IMG/VR virus record: IMGVR_UViG_3300045988_119411
Reading direction: 5' to 3' (one strand)
Length of the DNA: 64,000 nt
Source of the DNA: a virus
Shown: in pieces, positions 28,740 through 37,305 of the stretch
Numbering within the stretch: the first letter of the stretch is position 1
Layout of the letters: every line of letters starts with the position of its first letter
Program-made: the position numbers and the translations under genes
The notes under the pieces: generated by a model
The model's database searches: none
The model's input: the letters and a program-made list of their open reading frames with translations, nothing else
What the model was told of the DNA's origin: nothing

Positions 28740-29441
28740 ATGGGCATTCCATTCAGTTCTGACAGCTATCCATACGAGAGAATTCAGTCAGGATTTAACC
28801 GGCTGCGCGGTTCTGAGAAGATCCCCGAGAAGGTTTTGCTCTATTTGCTCGATCTGCCGGATGCCAATGGATATTTTCCACAGGATGACAACCGACGGCC
28901 AAGAGTTCGGCTGATAAAATACCTCTGGTATGATGGCGCACGTCCGCTTGGCAATCCGCTTCCGACGCCGGTAGAAAAGCTTTCGATGGTATTTGACGGG
29001 GAAGAGCCAGTTTTGAATACGCAGGAGCTTCGGGAAAAGCATCCGAAGGGATACCGCATCTATCCGCAGCGCGTTTGGGGCCAGAGCGATACAGAGGCTG
29101 GGGTGACGCTCAAATGCTATTTGGGCAGAACCGTGGCAAAGGACAATTTTCACACGGTCTTCGGGCTTACGTTCGAGATCCTTGTGAATGTCAATTTGGA
29201 GAACACGACGAGAACAGACGCTTATTCCCGTGCTTACGACATTGAACAGTGCATCATCGAGGCACTGCACGGAGTCAACATGACGGGAATCGGCGTGGTG
29301 GATTTCAGCCGGTACGCGCATCCGGACAACGGGAGCGACAGTATATTCGATTACGGCACCCATGTTGGGCGTAGGCTCAAAATGAGCATCGAATGGTGCG
29401 ACAGCGAAATGGACGTGCCGGCGGAGGAAGACACAATTTGA
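28740..29441 (+). CDS. Hypothetical neck/tail-region protein
   Basis: ATG lies 2 nt after the upstream stop. Confidence 0.5.
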   Translation: MGIPFSSDSYPYERIQSGFNRLRGSEKIPEKVLLYLLDLPDANGYFPQDDNRRPRVRLIKYLWYDGARPLGNPLPTPVEKLSMVFDGEEPVLNTQELREKHPKGYRIYPQRVWGQSDTEAGVTLKCYLGRTVAKDNFHTVFGLTFEILVNVNLENTTRTDAYSRAYDIEQCIIEALHGVNMTGIGVVDFSRYAHPDNGSDSIFDYGTHVGRRLKMSIEWCDSEMDVPAEEDTI

Positions 29442-29449
29442 TATAGAAG

Positions 29450-29529
29450 CCCCGCGGCGGAAGAGCGCGGCGGGAAGGCTGAGAGGAGCATGACGGCGAT
29501 GTGCCGTGATGCTCCGTTTTTTATTTTTT
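29450..29529 (+). terminator. Two-hairpin terminator-like module, copy 3 of 3
   Basis: CCGCGGCG-GAAGAG-CGCGGCGG, linker GAAGGCTGAGAG, GGAGCATGACGGC/GCCGTGATGCTCC, then GTTTTTTATTTTTT. Confidence 0.7.
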
Positions 29530-29552
29530 CAAACCGGGAGGAGAAAGAACAC

Positions 29553-30386
29553 ATGAATGGACTCCCTTTGAGCATGGTTCAGGCCGTTTCGCAGTACGAA
29601 CCCATCTGGGCGGAGGGCCTGCGCCTATTTCCAATCCGCGTGCGAGAATTTGAGACGTTTTCCATGGCACGGGCAGCAATCGAGTTTATGCAGCAGAGCC
29701 TCCCTGTGGCTTTGATGTCGAAACCACTGCTGCAAGCGTTTTACACGCTCGAATTTGAGGCTGCGGCGCAAGGAAAGCCGAGCGTCGGTCTGCTATACCA
29801 GAGCATTTTATTCCTGATTCTTGCCATGCGAGTGGGAGAAGACAAAGAAACCGGCGAACGGATGAAATACGCGAGAATCTGCCCCAAAGAAAGTGACCCT
29901 CGGGTGCTCGATGCAATCATCATTGGGAATGAGCGGCGGACACTGCGGGTGACACCGGTGCAGTTTCAGCGGATTCGCCCGATTCTGGCTGCCCAGAACG
30001 GCATTGAACTGGTTTCAGAAAATGCCAACCCTGAACTGGTGCAGGCGGAGAGGGACCTTGCAGAAATGAACGCCCCGAAACTGGACTACCGGCTGGAGAG
30101 CATGATGGCGTCGATCGCGCTGGTGAGCGGTGCGGACGAGGCGGAAATGTACGACTGGCCGATTTTGAAGCTGATGCGGCGTAAGGAAGCATTGCAGAGG
30201 ATGATGGGCTATCTGGTATGCGGCGTGGCAGAGGCGCAGGGGGCAAAGTGGAAGGGCGGAAATCCGTTCCCAAGCCCGCTTTTCTCCAAAGAGGATAACG
30301 GCTCCGGCGGCGTGATCGCAATGGAGAATTTCGCCGGAGGGGCTGGAATGCGGGCCGTTCAAAATGCGGGAAACCGCACGACGTAA
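29553..30386 (+). CDS. Hypothetical tail-module protein
   Basis: ATG 29553 after GGGAGGAG. Confidence 0.5.
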   Translation: MNGLPLSMVQAVSQYEPIWAEGLRLFPIRVREFETFSMARAAIEFMQQSLPVALMSKPLLQAFYTLEFEAAAQGKPSVGLLYQSILFLILAMRVGEDKETGERMKYARICPKESDPRVLDAIIIGNERRTLRVTPVQFQRIRPILAAQNGIELVSENANPELVQAERDLAEMNAPKLDYRLESMMASIALVSGADEAEMYDWPILKLMRRKEALQRMMGYLVCGVAEAQGAKWKGGNPFPSPLFSKEDNGSGGVIAMENFAGGAGMRAVQNAGNRTT

Positions 30387-30422
30387 GAAAACTGAATTTT
30401 TCGACAAAAGGAGTGGAATTCA

Positions 30423-31547
30423 ATGATTCGTTTCACTGACAAAAGACTGTATCTGAAGGGCACGTCTGAAGCCATCTGTATGGACAAGGCGACGGGCGAC
30501 ATCCTGTATTACTCCAACAAGTTCCAGACCGGCAACGTGACCACGGGCGTCACGATGGGCGAGATCCGTGCGGGCCTCGGCAACGCGGTCGCGGCGATCA
30601 TTCCGTCTGACGCGGCGGTCAATGTCGAGTTCACGGCGGCGGACTTCTCCCTGTGGGGCAAGGCGGCGCAGGTCGGCGCAGCGCTGAAGTATTCGGCGCC
30701 TGTGATGACCTGCCAGAACGTGACGGCGGAAGGTACGGCCCTGACCGTTGACGTGAAGGGCGGCGCGCCCGTTGCGCAGCAGGGCTTGAGCCGGATCTGC
30801 TGCTATGTGCAGGAAGTCGGCGCGGGTTCGCTGATCTCCGTGGGCGGCAAGGCATACGACATCAGCCCGACGACCGGTGCGGTCTCCGGCTTTACGGCTG
30901 AGAGCGGCAAGACCTACAAGGTCTGGTACTTCGTGAACCGGGCGGATGCGCAGATCGCCACGATCACGTCCATGCTCGACCCAAAGGTCGTTCATTTCAC
31001 CGCAGCGATGGCCGTTTATGCCAATGAATCCGGCTCTGCGCAGAACGAGGGCACGCGCGTCGGCACGCTGTACGTGATCATCCCGTCGCTGAAGTTCGGC
31101 GCCAACGGCGGCGTGGTCGGCGACCAGACCAACAACGACACCACGTCGATGTCTGGTCAGGCAATCATCTATGACTCTGACGTGATCTCTGAGAGCTGCG
31201 AGGACTGCAACGGTGGCGGCTCCGATCTCGCTTACTACATCTACGTTCCTTGCGAAGGAAGCGCGGATAGCTATCAGGGCATCATCGCCAAGATCGGCGG
31301 CGTCATCACCATGGCACAGAGCGCGACCGCACAGGTCCAGCCGAAGGCCATCATGGACAACGGCCAGCTGGTCGACCTGACTCCGAGCCTCTGCACCTAC
31401 GAAGTGACTGGCGTGGCGGGGCTTACCGTTTCGGACACCGGTCTTCTGACTGCCGGGACCACGGCGGGCGACGCGACGCTGACTGTGAAGTATACGGTTG
31501 GGGAGACCGAGTTCACCGACAGCTGCACCGTGACCGTGCAGGCGTAA
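30423..31547 (+). CDS. Putative major tail (tube) protein with a C-terminal Big_2 Ig-like domain
   Basis: 374 aa. TYEVTGVAGLTVSDTGLLTAGTTAGDATLTVKYTVGETEFTDSCTVTVQA. Lies upstream of the tape measure. Confidence 0.45.
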   Translation: MIRFTDKRLYLKGTSEAICMDKATGDILYYSNKFQTGNVTTGVTMGEIRAGLGNAVAAIIPSDAAVNVEFTAADFSLWGKAAQVGAALKYSAPVMTCQNVTAEGTALTVDVKGGAPVAQQGLSRICCYVQEVGAGSLISVGGKAYDISPTTGAVSGFTAESGKTYKVWYFVNRADAQIATITSMLDPKVVHFTAAMAVYANESGSAQNEGTRVGTLYVIIPSLKFGANGGVVGDQTNNDTTSMSGQAIIYDSDVISESCEDCNGGGSDLAYYIYVPCEGSADSYQGIIAKIGGVITMAQSATAQVQPKAIMDNGQLVDLTPSLCTYEVTGVAGLTVSDTGLLTAGTTAGDATLTVKYTVGETEFTDSCTVTVQA

Positions 31548-31645
31548 ACAAAAGCGGCCCGGAGGGGCGAAAGCCTCTCCGGGAAATGCGCGAATCCATC
31601 AAGGAATTGGCGGGTTGGCGCATTTTTTGCAGAGGGGGGCGTCGT

Positions 31646-32092
31646 GTGGCAATCGAAGATATTGTGGCCCGGTTCAACGCGAAACTCGATGCGGCCATCG
31701 GACAGGCGATGGAAAACGACGTGGCGACGATGGTGAGAGTTGCGCTGGCGACGGCCGTGCAGACCGAAGTCTATGATGCTTATCAGCCGCACATGTATGA
31801 GCGCCGGGGCCCGGAGGACGGCGGCTTACATTCGCAGAGCAAGGACGTGATGGTTGCGACCTATGACCCGGCGACGATGACGCTGGAAGTGCAGGACATG
31901 AGCCGGGATGACGACACAGGGCGGCTGATCGCGCCGGTTGTGGAAAGCGGCGAAGGTTACCAATACCCATGGAAGGGGCAGAAGGCCAGACCGTTCCACG
32001 AAAGAGCGCAGGAAGACGTGGTTGAGAGCGGCTGGTTTGAGGGTGCGCTGGTCTCTGCGCTGCGCGGAGCAGGATTTACGGTAAAAGACTGA
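31646..32092 (+). CDS. HK97-gp10-like head-tail / tail-completion protein (start uncertain)
   Basis: GQKARPFHERA segment. GTG 31646 after an AGAGGGGGG RBS. The track ORF starts at 31586. Confidence 0.4.
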   Translation: MAIEDIVARFNAKLDAAIGQAMENDVATMVRVALATAVQTEVYDAYQPHMYERRGPEDGGLHSQSKDVMVATYDPATMTLEVQDMSRDDDTGRLIAPVVESGEGYQYPWKGQKARPFHERAQEDVVESGWFEGALVSALRGAGFTVKD

Positions 32093-32106
32093 TTGGAGGG
32101 TATACG

Positions 32107-35100
32107 ATGGCGGGAAACGTCGATAGAGTTCAGTTGCAGGTTGAGGTCGTTCGCAATCAGCTCGATACGCTGATCAAGGATGTCAACTCGCTCAAAGGGC
32201 AGAAACTCTCCATCAGCGTAGAGTCCTCCGGTATGGAGGCCATCAATAAATTTAATGCGTCGATCAAGACGCTGGAACAGAATGTCAGTAACCTTGGAGG
32301 AAAGTTTACCCAAATTTGGGCTGGCGCTGCAGATGGTTCGCCGACAAGGACTATTGAGACCGTGAACAATGGCCTCGGCCGCACGACGGAGATCATACGG
32401 ACGCTGGATGAGGAAACACAGTCCTATACGACCGTGCAGACCAAGACCACGGCCAACTATGACCAGATGGCAAAGGCGGCACAAAAAGCTGCCGAGCAGG
32501 CAGAAAAACTACGCCAGCGCCAAGAAGGCGATATGTGGCGTTCTTACAATGCAGAGCTTGAGGATCAGCAGAGAATCCTTTCAGAGACAAATCAGGCTTG
32601 GGCGGAATATGCCCAGCAGCAGGAGAAGACCGAGCGGCAGATCGCAGACAGCACGAAAAAGGAGATCGCATGGTACGACAGCTGGCTTGACGGGCAGGAG
32701 AAGGTTTTTGAATCGGCACAGCAGAATATGCCGACGCTGCAAAAGCAGTATGCGGATCTGGCGCGGTCGATTGAAAGTGCAGCAGACAAATATCCCAAAG
32801 GGACATTTGATGAAATTGCTGATGGAGTCTCCTCGGCTCGGGAAAGCCTCCGTGCGCTGGACGCGGGGTTGGCGGATGGGACCGTCAGTTACGAAGATTA
32901 TGTAAATGGAGTCGATAAGGCGAAGGCTGGCTTAAAGGGCTTGCAGTCTGAATTCGCTCAGACGAAGGCAGATACGGAAGAGCTGAAGAACTCAACCAAT
33001 ATTCTCGGGGACAGCCTTACTAACATTGTAAAGAAGATTGTTGCATGGCAGGTCATCAATGCTTCCGTCGCAAAGGTGATCGGGATGTTCCGCGAGGCGG
33101 TCTCCACGCTGAAAGAGGTCGATACAGAGCTGACCGCCATCCAGAAGGTGACAAACAATACCGATGCTGAGATGGCAAAACTCAGCGAGCATGCATACGA
33201 AGTGGCTTCTCAGTATGGCGTGGCCGTGACGGATTATCTGGAATCGACGGGCACGTTCGCCAAGGCTGGCTACAAAGAGCTTTCAGAGGACATGGCGGAG
33301 CTGGCGACGAAGACGCAGCTCGTCGGTGATGTGAACGCAGAGACAGCGAACCAGTTCCTGATTTCGGCGGATGCGGCCTACAAGATGGAGGGCAACGTCA
33401 CCAGACTTTCGACCGTGCTGGACAAGGCCAACGTCATTGAGAACAACTATGCGACCTCGATTGAAAAAATAGCTGAAGGTTTCCCGATTGTTGCCAATGT
33501 AGCCTCTATGGCAAATATGAGCATTGAAGAACTGATCGCAATGCTCGGAACAATTACTGCGGTGACACAGGAAAGCGGGACAAAAGCAGCTACAGCGGCT
33601 CGCGCCCTCATCTTGAATATCATGGGCGACACAGAGACTGAACTCGCTGATGGCGTTACATGGACAAAAGATGAGATTGAGAATTTGACTCAGGTGCTTT
33701 GGACTTATTCCAAGGAAGCTATGGAAGCGGCTCAGGCATCTGGAAAGATCGTAGATCCGATGAAGGCTATTGCCGGCCTTGCACAAGCCGCTAAGGAAGG
33801 CGTTCTGACGGAGGCAGAGCTTGCGCAGATCGAATCGGACCTCGGCGGCAAGCTCCGCACGAACCAGCTCGACGCACTTATCAAAAACTACGATATGTAC
33901 GCCGAGATGCTGGATAAGGTGGCAGATTCGGCGGGGAGCGCAGATCAGGAAGTTGAGATCATGCTGTCCTCTTGGGAGAGCAAAGCCAACATCCTGCAAA
34001 ACACCTGGACACAGTTTATTGCGAAGACCGTCGATACGGATTGGATCAAGGGCCTTCTGGATGGAATCACGTGGCTGATCGACGGATTTGACAACCTTGG
34101 GAACGTCATCTTAGTTTTTGGCGGAACGCTTCTGACGCTGAAATGGAACAGCGTGGTTTCGGCACTTGGAACGCTGAAATCCGTGCTTGGAGCGCTGCCG
34201 ATGCTATTTAGTGCGGCAAAAGGCGGCGCTGCTGGTTTTGACGCTGGGATGAAGGCCCTCAATCTTTCTCTGACCAGTACGCAGCTTCTTGTGGGCGGAG
34301 TCGTGGCGGCAATCTCCATCGCCGTGATCGCATTCAACAAGATCAAAAAGGCAGAGGAAGAAGCAAGGCAGGCGGCGATAGAGACAGGAGAGGCTTCCAC
34401 AGAAGAAGCGAAGGAGGTCGTTTCCCTTTATCAGAATTATAATGACCTAAAAAAAGCGGTTGATGACGGTTCTGGATCAAAAGACGAATTTTTGAACATT
34501 TCGGAAACGCTGACGAAAAAGCTCGGGATTGAGAAGGCGGGCGTGGATGCGCTTTCAGATTCTTATGATGAGCTTGACCAGTCGATTCGGAATGCAACTG
34601 CGGCGCAGATCGAAAGTGCTCTTTATGATGCGAAAGCTGCGGTGGCCGCGGCAGAAAGTGACCTGAAGGGCGCAAGCGATTTCCAGTTCTTCGGTATTGG
34701 ACAGAATGACGTCAGCGAGATCACAGCTTATTATGATGCGCTGATGAAGGAGCGGAACGAGCTGATCGATTCTGGCGATACCAGCAGCGTAAAATACAAC
34801 AACATTGTAAAAGAACTGACTGAGCTTCAGCCGTTGATCGAGGCGTATAACAGTGCCATTGAGAATCAGAGCTATTTGGAAGGCGCTCTGGCGGCGGCAC
34901 AGAATGGGACGCTTGAAAGCTACTTGAAGGCTGAAGATGCAGCACATGAGGCAGCTGGTGCGGCCGGAGAATATGCAGATGCGACGGGGGAGGCGGCGGA
35001 AAACCAGAAAACGCTGGCCGAGCGGCTTCAGGATGCTTCGAAATCTCTGACTTCGCAGAAAAATGACCTGAAGACAGCAAACGCGGCGCTCAGTGAGTAT

Positions 35101-37290
35101 CAGCAGACCGGGAAAATTACGACGTCGACGCTGCAATCGCTGCTTGGAATGAGCGAGAATCACGTCGATGTACTCATTGACGAAAACGGAAAGCTGAAGG
35201 TGACGGAAGAATCTCTGCGAGAGCTGATTTCTGCCATCTATGAGGACATCGAGGCAACCAACAAACAGATCGGCGTGACAGATGATGCGAACGTTTCAGC
35301 AGAAGCGTTTGTTTCCACGTTGATGGACGAGGCCAAGCAGAGCGGCAAAACAGGGCAGGCGATTCGGGAGCTGGTTTTGGAGGAAATCAAGCTCAACAGC
35401 ACCAATCTGAATCTGGAGCAGCAGATTGCAGCGGTGATGGCGCTTGGAAACGCCGCCGGCGCGACAGCAACGTCGATTGCAATGCTGTATTCGTATGGCG
35501 GAACGTCGGCGAGCAACGCGGAACGGACGATTTCCGGATACCTTCAGACTGGACAGGCGAAGACGCGGGCAGAGGCCGAGGCCAAGTACCTGCAGAACCT
35601 CTACAATCAGTTCGATTTTTCCAAGGCGGATTCTGATACGTCTACGTCCGGCGGCGGGGGCAGCAGCTCGGACGCAAGGCTGGAGGCGCTGAAGGATCGG
35701 GTTTCTCTGCTGAAATCGGAACTGACCTTGATGGAAAAGCAAGGTAAGAGCGCCGACGAGCAGAAGGCCAAGATGAAGGAGATCCAGCAGGCACTCCATG
35801 CGCAGGCCCAGTATCTCCGCAGCATCGGCGGCAATGAGGCAGACATCAATGATCTTTCTGCAGAATGGTGGGACTGGCAGAAGAAGATCAACGGGGAGCT
35901 CGAAGATTCGGCCGACCTTCTTGATGAGCTGAAAAATGCGCTTCAGGAGGCAATGAATCGGCAACAGGACGCACGAGATGCCGAGCTGAAAGCCATCGAC
36001 GACCAAATAGATGCGCTGAAAAAGCAGAAGGACGAGAAGGACAAGCAGGTTGAGCTCGAAGAAAAGCTGCTTGCCATTCAGCAGGCGGAGGCGGATCTGG
36101 CTGCTGCGCAGGCAGAACGGACGGTCCGGCAGTACAACGCTTCTTCTGGCCAGTGGGAATGGATCGCAAATCAGAAGGACATTGATGAGGCCCAAGATGC
36201 ACTGGACAAGGCAAAGAAAGATCTTGAAGATTTTCAGGATCAGGCAGAATATGACGCGCGGCTGGCGGAGCTGGAAGCGCAGAAGGATGCCATCAACGCC
36301 AAATATGATGCGCTGGAGGCGCAGTATGACCGGTTCCTCGACTCCTTGAAAGAGAAGACGCGCGGCATTGGCGAAATTTTGCAAGATATTCTCAAAAATG
36401 CGACGCCGGAGCTGCGGCAGATCATTTTGGAAAATGCCGAGCTTTTCAAAGCATTTGGCATTGATGTTTCTGAACTGCTTAATTCGTTCACGGAGACGGT
36501 GAAGAAGATCGTCCGCGTCCTTCCAGGCGGCAAGGCCCCGGCCGGGCTCAATGTCGGCGATCAGGTCGTCACGGGCGGCGGCACATTTGAGATCACTGGC
36601 GTCAACCCGGACGGAAGCTACGAATCGAAGAAGGTAGACCCGAACCAGACCATCTACAACTATGATGGCCCTTATGATGATGTGCCGGGCGGCTATACGG
36701 GTTCTGACACCTATCCATCCGGCAACGGAGGATCTGGGTCACGCGGCGGAAGGACCGTTCGCGTGGAAAGCGGGACCGGGAAGGCACCGAAGGGCCTTTC
36801 CGTTGGAGATAAGGTCGTGACGGCGGTTGGCACGTACATCATTGTGGCGGTGAATCCGGATGGAACTTATCAGTCGCAGATGTATGACAAAAACCAGACG
36901 ATCTACAACTTCCGTGGGACTTACGATGCCTATGATGAAGGCGGAATTCTGCGCGGGATGGGCGCGATCAAGGCGACGGAACGCGACGAATTTGTGGCAG
37001 ACCCCGATACAACGGAGCTTTTGAAGCGGCGGTTTGGAAGCTGGAACGCATTGGCTCCGGCACGGGACGCACAGAGCGACAGCATCATGCGCGGAATCAG
37101 GATGACGCTGGGAAATCGGGATGGTGGAACGACTGCAAACTCTTATAGCTCCAACAGCATCGGCACACAGCACAATGGACCGCTCTATCAGATCGACGGC
37201 GTGACGATCACGGAGCAGGAGGCGCAGACGATGACCGTAAAGCAGCTGGCTGACGCGGCGCGGACGCTGGCGATCAAAAAGCAGGCGTAA
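32107..37290 (+). CDS. Tail tape measure protein
   Basis: 1727 aa. TP901-type TMP core, coiled coils, hydrophobic segments (VILVFGGTLLTL..., LVGGVVAAISIAVIAF) and a duplicated C-terminal domain. Confidence 0.9.
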   Translation: MAGNVDRVQLQVEVVRNQLDTLIKDVNSLKGQKLSISVESSGMEAINKFNASIKTLEQNVSNLGGKFTQIWAGAADGSPTRTIETVNNGLGRTTEIIRTLDEETQSYTTVQTKTTANYDQMAKAAQKAAEQAEKLRQRQEGDMWRSYNAELEDQQRILSETNQAWAEYAQQQEKTERQIADSTKKEIAWYDSWLDGQEKVFESAQQNMPTLQKQYADLARSIESAADKYPKGTFDEIADGVSSARESLRALDAGLADGTVSYEDYVNGVDKAKAGLKGLQSEFAQTKADTEELKNSTNILGDSLTNIVKKIVAWQVINASVAKVIGMFREAVSTLKEVDTELTAIQKVTNNTDAEMAKLSEHAYEVASQYGVAVTDYLESTGTFAKAGYKELSEDMAELATKTQLVGDVNAETANQFLISADAAYKMEGNVTRLSTVLDKANVIENNYATSIEKIAEGFPIVANVASMANMSIEELIAMLGTITAVTQESGTKAATAARALILNIMGDTETELADGVTWTKDEIENLTQVLWTYSKEAMEAAQASGKIVDPMKAIAGLAQAAKEGVLTEAELAQIESDLGGKLRTNQLDALIKNYDMYAEMLDKVADSAGSADQEVEIMLSSWESKANILQNTWTQFIAKTVDTDWIKGLLDGITWLIDGFDNLGNVILVFGGTLLTLKWNSVVSALGTLKSVLGALPMLFSAAKGGAAGFDAGMKALNLSLTSTQLLVGGVVAAISIAVIAFNKIKKAEEEARQAAIETGEASTEEAKEVVSLYQNYNDLKKAVDDGSGSKDEFLNISETLTKKLGIEKAGVDALSDSYDELDQSIRNATAAQIESALYDAKAAVAAAESDLKGASDFQFFGIGQNDVSEITAYYDALMKERNELIDSGDTSSVKYNNIVKELTELQPLIEAYNSAIENQSYLEGALAAAQNGTLESYLKAEDAAHEAAGAAGEYADATGEAAENQKTLAERLQDASKSLTSQKNDLKTANAALSEYQQTGKITTSTLQSLLGMSENHVDVLIDENGKLKVTEESLRELISAIYEDIEATNKQIGVTDDANVSAEAFVSTLMDEAKQSGKTGQAIRELVLEEIKLNSTNLNLEQQIAAVMALGNAAGATATSIAMLYSYGGTSASNAERTISGYLQTGQAKTRAEAEAKYLQNLYNQFDFSKADSDTSTSGGGGSSSDARLEALKDRVSLLKSELTLMEKQGKSADEQKAKMKEIQQALHAQAQYLRSIGGNEADINDLSAEWWDWQKKINGELEDSADLLDELKNALQEAMNRQQDARDAELKAIDDQIDALKKQKDEKDKQVELEEKLLAIQQAEADLAAAQAERTVRQYNASSGQWEWIANQKDIDEAQDALDKAKKDLEDFQDQAEYDARLAELEAQKDAINAKYDALEAQYDRFLDSLKEKTRGIGEILQDILKNATPELRQIILENAELFKAFGIDVSELLNSFTETVKKIVRVLPGGKAPAGLNVGDQVVTGGGTFEITGVNPDGSYESKKVDPNQTIYNYDGPYDDVPGGYTGSDTYPSGNGGSGSRGGRTVRVESGTGKAPKGLSVGDKVVTAVGTYIIVAVNPDGTYQSQMYDKNQTIYNFRGTYDAYDEGGILRGMGAIKATERDEFVADPDTTELLKRRFGSWNALAPARDAQSDSIMRGIRMTLGNRDGGTTANSYSSNSIGTQHNGPLYQIDGVTITEQEAQTMTVKQLADAARTLAIKKQA

Positions 37291-37305
37291 GAGGGGAGAT
37301 ACAGT

